Shown piece after piece: positions 8,348-17,802 of a DNA stretch of 64,000 nucleotides. The translations under genes were made by a program, and so were the position numbers. Numbering within the stretch: the stretch's first letter is position 1; each line of letters starts with the position of its first letter. The notes under the pieces were generated by a model, which did not search any database, was not told the DNA's origin, and was given only the letters and a program-made list of their open reading frames with translations. The stretch spans positions 5,668-69,667 of the forward strand of contig CAZEJU010000005.1 of assembly GCA_964512695.1 (NCBI GenBank), in the 5' to 3' direction. The DNA comes from an uncultured Gammaproteobacteria bacterium. GTDB taxonomy: Bacteria; Patescibacteriota; Microgenomatia; Levybacterales; UBA12049.

Positions 8348-10058
8348 TAAGCGTAGGCAGATACATGGTTTCGAAATATTCATATAACATCCGCGTAGTA
8401 CTATATCGTTCTATTACTAATTTTCTTGCATTTACCATGTTCTCAATCCAATCTTCAGATATTCCTGTAACATTTTTACCATAATACAACGGAATAATAT
8501 GTTGCTGAAGTGTTGTAAGTAAACTCTCAGTAATGTCATTGCTATCTATTTGCCATCCTATTTTATAAAGATCGATCTCGTCAACCCATCCATCTCTCGT
8601 ACTCAATGGCAAGACACCGTTTAAACATGCTTTCATACCACTTGTCCCGCATGCTTCAAAACCGACAACTGGTGTATTGAGCCATACATCACATCCTGAA
8701 GTTAAATATTTAGCCTCTTTTAAGCTATAGTTTGGTAAATATACAACATATCCATCAAACCTCGTTACTATCATACGCTGTAATTCCTCAAGCATTTGTG
8801 CCCCTTCTAGATCACTTTCATGTGCAGATCCGGCAATAACAATACGAAGAGGAGCTTTTTTATTCGTAAGTAGTTGGAGTAATCGATCTTGATCTTGAAA
8901 AATAGCTAAAGGACGCTTATAAGCTACCATTCGCCTTGCCCAACCGACAAGTAGATCGTTTTTATCCCATACTTGACCGGTTTTTTTCTGAATTAGATCC
9001 AATAATTCCTTCTTATTCTGCTGATGCTTTCTCCAAAAATTCTCTTTATCTGCTCCACTCAATTCTCCATTTTCAATTCTCAATTTTCCGATCTTATCCC
9101 AATTATGAATATGAATTCCGTTCGTTACTGCTTTCATAGGATACTCTTTCCAGATTTCTTTTGCTTTTTCTGCATGAAGTTTACTAACGGCGTTTGTATG
9201 AGAAGACATGCGGAGAGCTAGTGTCGTCATAGAGAAAATACTTGATTCTTGAATAGTTCCGAATGCAATTATTTCATGAAGAGGTACTTGAACCTCTTTA
9301 GCATAATCTGAAAGTAATGCAGCTACCATATCTGTATTAAACATATCATTCCCCGCTGCGACCAGTGTATGGTTGGTAAAGACGATATGCTGTTTTGCAC
9401 GTTCAATTTCATGAAGAAATGCTGTCTTATACTCACGCATTTCATGATATGCGATCTCTAACGTCAGCAGAGCAGAATGTCCCTCATTCAAATGATATAT
9501 ACTAGGATGGATTTTTAGAGCTTCTAAAAAACGTAACCCCCCAATACCTAATACCATTTCTTGCTTAAATCTTGTTTCTTTATCAACTATATAAAGTCTG
9601 TTCGTTATCTGGCGGTCTTCTGGCGTATTTTCTTCGATATTCGTATCGAGTAAAAGAAAACGTACAGTTTTACCTATTTGTTTTTCCCATGCAGATACTG
9701 TTATATTTCTACCTTGCATCGGAACATGAATAAGAATTGGTTTATTCTCAGTATTTACCACTTTATGGTAACCTATTTCTTCTGGATGTCTTCTCATCGG
9801 GAATTTTAGCATTGTTCCTTCTGAATATAACTCATGACGAAGATATCCTTCATGATAGTATAAACCGACCGCAACAAATGGTATTTCCTGATCAGCTGCT
9901 TCTTTTATAGTATCTCCAGCTAGTATACCTAACCCACCAGCATAAGTAGGTGAGGCATCATCCAGAGCAAACTCAGCACAAAAATATGCAATAGGCCGTT
10001 CCGTTAAACTTTGATAATCTACTGATGATCGGAATTTTTCAAACCAATTTTTAAACAT
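8328..10058 (-). CDS. glgP: Alpha-glucan (glycogen) phosphorylase
   Basis: YAGGLGILAGD, HLNEGH, FTNHT, WARRMVAYKR, EACGTSGMKA (PLP lysine). Confidence 0.93.
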   Translation of the reverse strand: MFKNWFEKFRSSVDYQSLTERPIAYFCAEFALDDASPTYAGGLGILAGDTIKEAADQEIPFVAVGLYYHEGYLRHELYSEGTMLKFPMRRHPEEIGYHKVVNTENKPILIHVPMQGRNITVSAWEKQIGKTVRFLLLDTNIEENTPEDRQITNRLYIVDKETRFKQEMVLGIGGLRFLEALKIHPSIYHLNEGHSALLTLEIAYHEMREYKTAFLHEIERAKQHIVFTNHTLVAAGNDMFNTDMVAALLSDYAKEVQVPLHEIIAFGTIQESSIFSMTTLALRMSSHTNAVSKLHAEKAKEIWKEYPMKAVTNGIHIHNWDKIGKLRIENGELSGADKENFWRKHQQNKKELLDLIQKKTGQVWDKNDLLVGWARRMVAYKRPLAIFQDQDRLLQLLTNKKAPLRIVIAGSAHESDLEGAQMLEELQRMIVTRFDGYVVYLPNYSLKEAKYLTSGCDVWLNTPVVGFEACGTSGMKACLNGVLPLSTRDGWVDEIDLYKIGWQIDSNDITESLLTTLQQHIIPLYYGKNVTGISEDWIENMVNARKLVIERYSTTRMLYEYFETMYLPTLTTLQKH

Positions 10059-10183
10059 GAAAATTATTATAAAGGCTGTAACAGAATACTTCCAGTACCA
10101 TTACTAGTATTTCCTGACCGCCCTGACTAAGCAAGTTATCAATCATAGAGTATACGAAATAAAACTACAGTACTTTTATCTAT

Positions 10184-11764
10184 TTAACCTTCTGATACTA
10201 TTTTATACGCAGGATGGGAAAGTGGACGGGCAGCACGCTTACGCTCTTCTATCACATGTTTATACCAAAGATCGTATTCTTTCGCTGCTTTTTCCCACGA
10301 GAAGTTAGACTGAAGACAATTTAGAACGAGTTTTCTCCATAATTTTTGCTGTTTATATGTTGTTAACGCCTCGATCATACTTCCATACAGAGCCCATGCG
10401 TCTTTCTGAAAAAACGAAAACCCATTCCCCTTTAGCCTTACTGGATTAAAATCCTCGATAATATCATGTAACCCCCCTGTCCTTCTAACTATAGGAACTG
10501 CACCGTATCGTAGTGCCTCAAATGCAACAATACCTCCTGGCTCGTATAAACTCGGTATTAAAATGAAATCTGCGCCTGCAAATATCTTCCGTGGTAACCG
10601 GAAGTCCGGTTGTAAATGAATCCCTAACTGTGTAGGATATTCTTTTTGTAAGGTAAGCAGTCTATTTCTATACCGATCATCCCCTCCACCCAAAATAATA
10701 ACTTGCACCTCAGGCCTACCAGTTAAAAGGTGAGATAAAGCTTCTATCAGGATATCTAAACCTTTCTGCTGCTGCAAACGTCCAGAGAAAGCAAAAAGCG
10801 GTCGACTTACATCAACAGGTAATAAAAAAACTTTTTGTAAATCGGCTTTATTTATCTTCCGTAATTTAAAATAATTTTTTTCATTAAAAGTTTGTTTAAT
10901 GATCGGATCAGTTGATGAGTTAAATTCCTCTGTATCTAAACCGTTTAAAATACCCGTTAATTTTCCTTTTATCTTTTGAAGAGTTTCATCAAGTCCTTCA
11001 GCATATTCAGGAGTTAGGACTTCTACTGCATGTGTGGGACTTACAGTACTCACAGCATCCGCATAGAGAAGTGCGCGTTTCAGAGGATTTTGTTTTTGTA
11101 GTTTAGGTGAAAGTAGAGCAGATAGCTCACTTTTACCATCATCGAAATCTTCTTTCGCGGCAAATCGATAATCATAGTTTCCTTGATAAGCGAAGTTATG
11201 AACAGTAAAAATGACTGCTGTTTTCGTAAAAAGTTTTTTATATCGTTTATCACGTCGTGCTAGCTCTACCGCATATGCAGTATGCCAATCATTACAGTGA
11301 ATAACATCTGGCCACCAGTCATCCTTCTGTAAAGTTTTACTACGCTGATAGAGCCATTCTAAGCAACCCTTAGATAATAATGCGAAGCGCACATGATCAT
11401 CCCTATATCCGAACACATTAGCTCTGAGTTCATAATATTCTCTATTCTCTAAAAAATATGTCGTAGTTTTTTTCTTCTTTTGATATTTTTTAATATTGCA
11501 AATAAGGTAATCTTTTTTATCTTGTTTTAATTGTTCATCTGTTGCGTTTTGCATAAGAGGTACATGAAGGTCTTTATAAACTATACTCATTCTCCATCCT
11601 TTACTTTCTAATGAAGTGTTTTCCATAGTTCCATATTTTGGTGTAAAGATTCGAACATCATGTCCGAGTTTAGTAAGGGCACGAGGAAGAAAGTACATTA
11701 CTTGGGATAAACCACCGACTGAAACGAAGGGTGCTACCTCAGCACAAACAAATAGAATATTCAC
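10184..11764 (-). CDS. glgA: Glycogen synthase (GT5)
   Basis: EVAPFVSVGGL, IHCNDWHT, TVHN, GILNGLD, GRLQQQKG, PSLYEPGG, RRTGGL. Confidence 0.93.
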   Translation of the reverse strand: MNILFVCAEVAPFVSVGGLSQVMYFLPRALTKLGHDVRIFTPKYGTMENTSLESKGWRMSIVYKDLHVPLMQNATDEQLKQDKKDYLICNIKKYQKKKKTTTYFLENREYYELRANVFGYRDDHVRFALLSKGCLEWLYQRSKTLQKDDWWPDVIHCNDWHTAYAVELARRDKRYKKLFTKTAVIFTVHNFAYQGNYDYRFAAKEDFDDGKSELSALLSPKLQKQNPLKRALLYADAVSTVSPTHAVEVLTPEYAEGLDETLQKIKGKLTGILNGLDTEEFNSSTDPIIKQTFNEKNYFKLRKINKADLQKVFLLPVDVSRPLFAFSGRLQQQKGLDILIEALSHLLTGRPEVQVIILGGGDDRYRNRLLTLQKEYPTQLGIHLQPDFRLPRKIFAGADFILIPSLYEPGGIVAFEALRYGAVPIVRRTGGLHDIIEDFNPVRLKGNGFSFFQKDAWALYGSMIEALTTYKQQKLWRKLVLNCLQSNFSWEKAAKEYDLWYKHVIEERKRAARPLSHPAYKIVSEG

Positions 11765-11850
11765 GAAGCTATTGTATCACAGCATTAGAATCGAAGGAAT
11801 AACAAAAAAACGTCCTTGTTTCATATACGTTCATGTCATACTATAAATAT

Positions 11851-12903
11851 ATGCTAGAGAATCAAGAAAAAAATAAGTTCTTAAAATATTTTATTCTTAT
11901 AATACTTGTCGCAGGTTTCATAACCACTTTTATCAGTGGATATATCTTAGGCAGGGTAACAATTGTTGAAAAAAAAATATATTCACAAATAACACCTACT
12001 CAAAAACCAATACCAACAATAGACAACATACAGGTAAATACTCTACCGTTTCTACCAGGAAAATTTTATTTCGACGACACAATAATAGCAATCACAAAAA
12101 CGAAACCTTTAAAAGCTGTTGCAGTAAGCGCGCGACGACTAGAGAACGAAAATGGCTATCTTCATAATACTGGCTTAAGTTTTTTTAATGGTGAAAATTG
12201 GAGTAGGGAAACCGAATCTGCTCAGACATCAGATACAGCTATTCCTCAAGGTAAACTTATTAATTCATGGGATACACAGCTCGATCCTTCACGTGTTCTG
12301 AAGCAGGCTATAACTACAAATCTCAGTATTAATGAAACTTTATTATCAATTGAAACAGGAACGTTGTCTAACGAAATAAGCCTGCGAAGTCTTCCAGGTT
12401 ATACAAAATTCATGTCTGCAGGTAATGGAAAACTAACAATAAACGAAATAAAATATGAAGTGTATATTCTGTATACACAAATTTATTCATTTAATTCATC
12501 AGATATTGCTTTTTATAACCAACCTCTTGATTTAACAACAGACTGGGTAGGATTTTGGGATGAAGAAAGAAACTTTTATCATATCGACATAACCAGAGTA
12601 AAGAAACCTATCCCCACATACCAAACACACACAATTGGAGTCATGAAAGATATGAAAGGTAACGTTTTAAAAACATTTACTGTCAATGTCCAACGAAATT
12701 CTGAAGAGAATCCAGAGAAATATTCAATATTTTTAAATAGCCCTATTAATACGACACTTCAATTCTCACGTATGAATACGCTTGATAAAGCGGTAAATAA
12801 TAATCATATTTGGTTAATGGGGATAATTGAAGGATCAATAATATCTTCAACAGGAAGAAATATAAATGGTATAGGACTAGTAGAATATATTCACGAAAAG
12901 TAA
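11851..12903 (+). CDS. Hypothetical protein with N-terminal TM and beta-rich extracellular domain
   Basis: Long ORF, TM FILIILVAGFITTFISGYILG; no family recognised. Confidence 0.7.
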   Translation: MLENQEKNKFLKYFILIILVAGFITTFISGYILGRVTIVEKKIYSQITPTQKPIPTIDNIQVNTLPFLPGKFYFDDTIIAITKTKPLKAVAVSARRLENENGYLHNTGLSFFNGENWSRETESAQTSDTAIPQGKLINSWDTQLDPSRVLKQAITTNLSINETLLSIETGTLSNEISLRSLPGYTKFMSAGNGKLTINEIKYEVYILYTQIYSFNSSDIAFYNQPLDLTTDWVGFWDEERNFYHIDITRVKKPIPTYQTHTIGVMKDMKGNVLKTFTVNVQRNSEENPEKYSIFLNSPINTTLQFSRMNTLDKAVNNNHIWLMGIIEGSIISSTGRNINGIGLVEYIHEK

Positions 12904-12907
12904 AAAT

Positions 12908-13195
12908 TTAAAACCAGGGTCTTTCCGGACTTTGCATCTTTAAAAATAGGCTTAGTAGAACTGCCATGGCGAAAAGAAGAAATAATCCAAGTACCAGGTT
13001 TTTTTTTAACGATGTCCCTGTCAGTTTACTCCAAAATGTTCCTATACCTAAAACAGGTAAAGAAAATCCAGCGATAAGTATCGCTACTAATTTCGCTATG
13101 GGAATTAAAAGAACTGCAGGTAAAATAACAATTGCGTGTGCTGGAGAGACTAAAATAAAAAAAAATAATGAGATTGTAATAAATATTCCCAGCAT
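12908..13195 (-). CDS. Small hydrophobic membrane protein
   Basis: 95 aa, signal-peptide-like PAHA site and 2-3 TM segments. Confidence 0.65.
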   Translation of the reverse strand: MLGIFITISLFFFILVSPAHAIVILPAVLLIPIAKLVAILIAGFSLPVLGIGTFWSKLTGTSLKKNLVLGLFLLFAMAVLLSLFLKMQSPERPWF

Positions 13196-13208
13196 ACAGT
13201 AATTATAT

Positions 13209-14546
13209 ATGAAAACTATTTATTATACAGGCGGTTTAGCAGAAACAGTGTCGCACCCAACACAACTTACAGCATCTTTTTTTTCATACTGGTTTACAGG
13301 GAAGGAAAGTTTAGGGAAAGCAATGAAGCTTCTTAAACTTCCATATACTTCTATTTCATTACCTGTGGTAGAGACGCATGATGATGAAATGGTCGTTAAT
13401 CTTCTTCATGAGGAAAAAACACTTTTTGGGAAGACAATTTTTCGATATAAAGATCGAAGTACTCTTCATGAAGAACCAGCATTAACAATTGCTTTAAACA
13501 AAGTATTTCACCCGCTGTATTGGTTAAATACACTCCATATACTTTTCCAACAATCTATGTGGATAGCACACAATAATCAAATTATAAAACGTGCTGAAAT
13601 GCTTATGAGCGAAATCCCAAACAGTAGTTCTGATAAAAATATCGTATCTATTGACACTCTATTAAAAGATACCGTTTGGCCACGAGTAATAGCTATTGGT
13701 CTTGTAACAGAATTTTTCCATCAGCTGTTAAAACATGAAGCAGGATCACAATGGAGCGATATCCAACAATGTATCAGTCAGAAAGTTGGAGAAAATGATT
13801 GGTTCTTTCACTCGATTACTGACCAAGCACTCGTTAAAAATAAACATCTTGATTTTGAGAAGTATATTGAACAATATGGACTGAGATCCGACAGTGATTA
13901 TGAACTAACCAGTCCACGGTGGTATGAACAAAAAGAAATCATAAAAAAAAGAATCACTAACGCTGTAGACGTACCGACACTAAAATATAAAAATATTACC
14001 TTCACTAAACATATCGAAATATTAGTAAATACTTTTGTTACACTACAAAGCTTTCGTACAGAAGCGAAAAGAAAAACACTCCTACATATAGACGCACTTC
14101 GCAGTGCAATTTTACCTTCTTTTCATAATAACTTCGACAGTATGGCTTTACATACACGAGATGAATTATTGTCTGGAAATATTTATATAAAAAAAACCTC
14201 GAAAAAAGTAATGGCAAAGAAAGTACTTTCTAAAGTTTCGAGACAAGGAAAAGGTGTTGCTGTATCAGCAGGTACTGTACAAGGGAAGATAACCCATGTT
14301 AAAAGTATCACACAACATATATCTGAACATAGCATAGGAGTTTTTCCAAACGCTAGCCCGGAATTCGCTTTACTCTATCCGAAATGTTCAGGAATGATTT
14401 TCTTAAAAGGAGGTCAAACATCCCACGGATCTATTGTCGCCCGAGAATTCGGCATCCCAGCACTCATAGATCCAGAAGCTATACATATACCACCAAATAC
14501 CCTCATAGAAATGAATGGGAATAAGGGGATCTGGAAAGTTCTCTAA
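13209..14546 (+). CDS. PEP-utilising phospho-His swivel domain protein, rifampin-phosphotransferase-like but without ATP-grasp
   Basis: GVAVSAGTVQG and GGQTSHGSIVAREFGIPA; central YGLRSDSDYELTSPRWYE resembles the RPH substrate domain. Confidence 0.75.
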   Translation: MKTIYYTGGLAETVSHPTQLTASFFSYWFTGKESLGKAMKLLKLPYTSISLPVVETHDDEMVVNLLHEEKTLFGKTIFRYKDRSTLHEEPALTIALNKVFHPLYWLNTLHILFQQSMWIAHNNQIIKRAEMLMSEIPNSSSDKNIVSIDTLLKDTVWPRVIAIGLVTEFFHQLLKHEAGSQWSDIQQCISQKVGENDWFFHSITDQALVKNKHLDFEKYIEQYGLRSDSDYELTSPRWYEQKEIIKKRITNAVDVPTLKYKNITFTKHIEILVNTFVTLQSFRTEAKRKTLLHIDALRSAILPSFHNNFDSMALHTRDELLSGNIYIKKTSKKVMAKKVLSKVSRQGKGVAVSAGTVQGKITHVKSITQHISEHSIGVFPNASPEFALLYPKCSGMIFLKGGQTSHGSIVAREFGIPALIDPEAIHIPPNTLIEMNGNKGIWKVL

Positions 14547-14590
14547 AAAAAGATGTTTGTTACCTAAGATTCATTATATAATATGCAGAT

Positions 14591-15541
14591 ATGCATTGTT
14601 GGGAAAAGTTGCCAAGGGAATATTTAGAAAAAATTAAAAAAATTATTCTACCCGAAGAAATTGATGCAGCACTAGAATCTTATTGCAAACCAAAGAAATT
14701 AAGTATTCGCATTAATCAGCTTTTAACTTCAGTTGAGAAAGTGATAGAAGAGTTACAAAATTTTAACATACAGTTTGAAACTATTCCCTGGTACAGAAAT
14801 GCTCTTCTTCTTAAGGACATACAAAAAGAACAAATTACAAATTTAGAACTATATAAAACAGGCCAAATCTATCTTCAAAGTCTTTCAAGTATGATTCCTG
14901 CATTAATTCTTGATCCGAAAGAAAATGAAACTATTTTAGACATTACTGCTGCACCTGGAAGTAAAACTACACAGATTGCGCAAATGATGCATAACACTGG
15001 ACAAATTATAGCAAATGATATAAGTCGAGCTAGATTATATAAACTACAAGCAGTTCTTAAAGATCAACAAGTAAAAAATGTTAAAGTATTACTATCACAA
15101 GGAGAGCATATTTGGAGAAAATATCCCAATTTTTTTGATAAAACACTTGTTGATGTCCCCTGCACAATGGAAGGAAGATTCAATCCAGAAGATTCCAAAA
15201 CATTTGAAGACTGGACACCTAAAAAGTGCGAAAAACTTTCATCTCTCCAAAAAAAACTTCTTCGATCAGCATTTTTTGCGACAAAACCAGAGGGAACTAT
15301 AGTCTATGCTACCTGCACACTTTCTCCGGAAGAAAATGAAGAAGTTGTTGATTGGTTATATAATCAGGAAAATAAAAATATGCTTATAGAAACAATTTCA
15401 TTACCAAATATTTCTTTAAATGAATCTTTACCGTCGTGGAAAGGAAGAGAATTCTCAGCAGGCATAAAAAATACACGAAGGGTATACCCTTCAGAAACCA
15501 TGGAAGGATTCTATATTGCTAAAATTAAGCGCATGCTATAA
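14591..15541 (+). CDS. RsmB/RsmF (NOL1/NOP2/Sun) RNA m5C methyltransferase
   Basis: QSLSSMIP, ILDITAAPGSKTTQ, DVPC, VYATCT, ENEEVV, EGFYIA. Confidence 0.93.
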   Translation: MHCWEKLPREYLEKIKKIILPEEIDAALESYCKPKKLSIRINQLLTSVEKVIEELQNFNIQFETIPWYRNALLLKDIQKEQITNLELYKTGQIYLQSLSSMIPALILDPKENETILDITAAPGSKTTQIAQMMHNTGQIIANDISRARLYKLQAVLKDQQVKNVKVLLSQGEHIWRKYPNFFDKTLVDVPCTMEGRFNPEDSKTFEDWTPKKCEKLSSLQKKLLRSAFFATKPEGTIVYATCTLSPEENEEVVDWLYNQENKNMLIETISLPNISLNESLPSWKGREFSAGIKNTRRVYPSETMEGFYIAKIKRML

Positions 15542-15551
15542 CGCATAAATA

Positions 15552-15917
15552 CTATTCTCCTTTTTTACAGTACCTTTCTACTTTTGCCAATAATGTTTCT
15601 ACATCAAAAGGTTTAGGGAGAAAATCTGTAGCTCCATTTATTTTAGCTATTGCTTCTGCAGAAGGATGAGCTGAAAGTACAATTGCTGGAATTGATCCCG
15701 TTTGCGGATGTTTCTTAAGCAGTATAAGAATATCTGCCCCATCCTTCCCCGATAGTAAAAGGTCAAGAAGTATAACAGAAGGTTTAAATTTTTGGGCAAG
15801 TGAAATAGTTTTATTTCCATCTGTATTTACCATTACCTCGTATCCATCATCTTCAAGAACAAGTTGTATTGCTTCTAAAATTGCAATGTCATCATCGATT
15901 ACAAGTACTTTTTTCAT
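15552..15917 (-). CDS. Single-domain response regulator (CheY-like receiver)
   Basis: VLVIDDD, ILLD, LSAH, LPKPF. Confidence 0.9.
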   Translation of the reverse strand: MKKVLVIDDDIAILEAIQLVLEDDGYEVMVNTDGNKTISLAQKFKPSVILLDLLLSGKDGADILILLKKHPQTGSIPAIVLSAHPSAEAIAKINGATDFLPKPFDVETLLAKVERYCKKGE

Positions 15918-16386
15918 TTCTTATGAACATCGTCTATTATAGAGAACTTACATACTTTAATTAATGTTACGTTTTCAGACGGTAGTAACTAATTGGTGCT
16001 AAGCAGCTTTATCGAATTTGTCGATAAAGATAAATAAAACTAAAAGAAATTAGAAAAATGAAGATATTTTTTACAAAGATAAATTCCATACTTATTTCAT
16101 AGTATAGTAATTTTTCTTTGCTGTCTAGTAATAGTTTAGATTTGTAATTACCGTATCAACAAACTTACTAGATATACTGCCATCATTTCAGCACCGATAG
16201 CTAAACTTATTCCCACCATCATTAATGATGCTTTTTCAAATAAACCCAATTGTATATTAATTTTTTTTTGGGATACATCGTAAAAGTAAGAGTATTTTTA
16301 AATGAGCCTAGAAAACATATAATAGAAAAGTTACGTAATGATAAAATTGTAAGAATGTAAGAATAAAGCAAGAGCTAGAAGATTTT

Positions 16387-17151
16387 TTATTTACTATGCT
16401 TTTGGAGTAAACCTTGCAGTCCTTCCACCGCACGAAGCACTTCAATTGGTGTCACGAATACAACGGTATTAGATTGATCAGAAGAAATATCGTTAATTGA
16501 ATTTAAGGTTCTCAAATGTAAAGCACCAGGTTTATCCGCCATAAGAGCAGCTGCTTTCGCCAAATTCTCAGCAGCAATAACTTCTCCCTCTGAGTTAATA
16601 ATCGTCGCTCGACGTTCTCGTTCTGCTTCTGCCTGTTTCGCCATTGTTCTCTTCATTCCTTCGGGAAGGATAATGTCTTTTAACTCAACCGAAATTACTT
16701 CTAATCCCCATTGTGTTGTAGTTTCTTTCACAATATCTTTAATTCTGGTCGCAACTGCATCACGATTAGCAAGTAATGAATCAAGTTCTACTTCTCCAAC
16801 TACATTTCTCATCGTGGTTTGTGCAAGTTGATGAATAGCATAGTAAAAATTTTCCACTTCGAGAACTGCTTTTGAAGCGTTAATGACTTTATAATAAATA
16901 ACTGCTGATATACGCGCAGAAACATTATCCTTCGTGATAGCTTCTTGGTCAGGAACATCAACAGCTTTCGTACGAATATCTACTTTATGATATGATTGAA
17001 TAATGGGCCAAATAATTCTCCAACCAGGCTCCATCATACCAGCATACCGTCCAAAGGCGAACTTGATTCCCCGCTCATACTGATTAATTTGCTTTATTGA
17101 AATAAGAAGTAAAAATAAAAATACAATAAACGGAAGGAAAAGAATCTCCAT
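16387..17151 (-). CDS. SPFH/band 7 (stomatin-like) protein
   Basis: QYERG, QEAITKDNV, LAQTTMRNVVG, QAEAERERRA. Confidence 0.93.
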   Translation of the reverse strand: MEILFLPFIVFLFLLLISIKQINQYERGIKFAFGRYAGMMEPGWRIIWPIIQSYHKVDIRTKAVDVPDQEAITKDNVSARISAVIYYKVINASKAVLEVENFYYAIHQLAQTTMRNVVGEVELDSLLANRDAVATRIKDIVKETTTQWGLEVISVELKDIILPEGMKRTMAKQAEAERERRATIINSEGEVIAAENLAKAAALMADKPGALHLRTLNSINDISSDQSNTVVFVTPIEVLRAVEGLQGLLQKHSK

Positions 17152-17212
17152 ATATAAGCTTTATACTACTGCTTCTTTTTACAGAATGCAATAGCTCTTC
17201 TATGAGCAATTG

Positions 17213-17794
17213 CTATAAAATAACCCCTGCAGCCTTTAGTGCGGCATAGTGATCGGAACTATTTCTTTTTAAATACTCAGCAACTTTTCCTCTTACCGGA
17301 ATAATTGGTAACTGGTGTTCTTGGGCAAAACGAGTTATTTTTTGAATGGCTATTTCTATATCTTTTATCGATTCGACCATTAATTCTATTTCTCCTACTG
17401 AATAACCAAAATCTAAAGTATCTAAATCAATAATAAAATCATCTTTTTTATATTTTTTTCTTGTAGTTGTTACTGTACAAAACGGCATATACCCACGTTC
17501 TCTAAGCACTTCTGTAAAATTACCTTTTTTTGGTAACGACAGAAAATCCCTGATTTCCTCTTCATTCTCTAATTCTTTATATTGGTCTATCAACCTTCGT
17601 ACATCATGCAAAGGAATTTTAAGTTCCCATTTGTTATCACGACTCCGAAGCCAAAGATCTTTAGTAGTTAATGAATACTTTTGTGTGTCATAGTAAGTAT
17701 CTGTAAATGTCTTCTCACTAAGAAATATCGAATTGGTTATAAGTCTCTCAATATCTTGCTCACGGAGGAAAAACTTTTTTTCAACTTCAATCAT
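17213..17794 (-). CDS. CYTH-domain (triphosphate tunnel metalloenzyme) protein
   Basis: MIEVEKKF (ExExK), DTYYD, WLRSR, GEIEL, GKVAEYL. Confidence 0.9.
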   Translation of the reverse strand: MIEVEKKFFLREQDIERLITNSIFLSEKTFTDTYYDTQKYSLTTKDLWLRSRDNKWELKIPLHDVRRLIDQYKELENEEEIRDFLSLPKKGNFTEVLRERGYMPFCTVTTTRKKYKKDDFIIDLDTLDFGYSVGEIELMVESIKDIEIAIQKITRFAQEHQLPIIPVRGKVAEYLKRNSSDHYAALKAAGVIL

Positions 17795-17802
17795 AAGATT
17801 GT

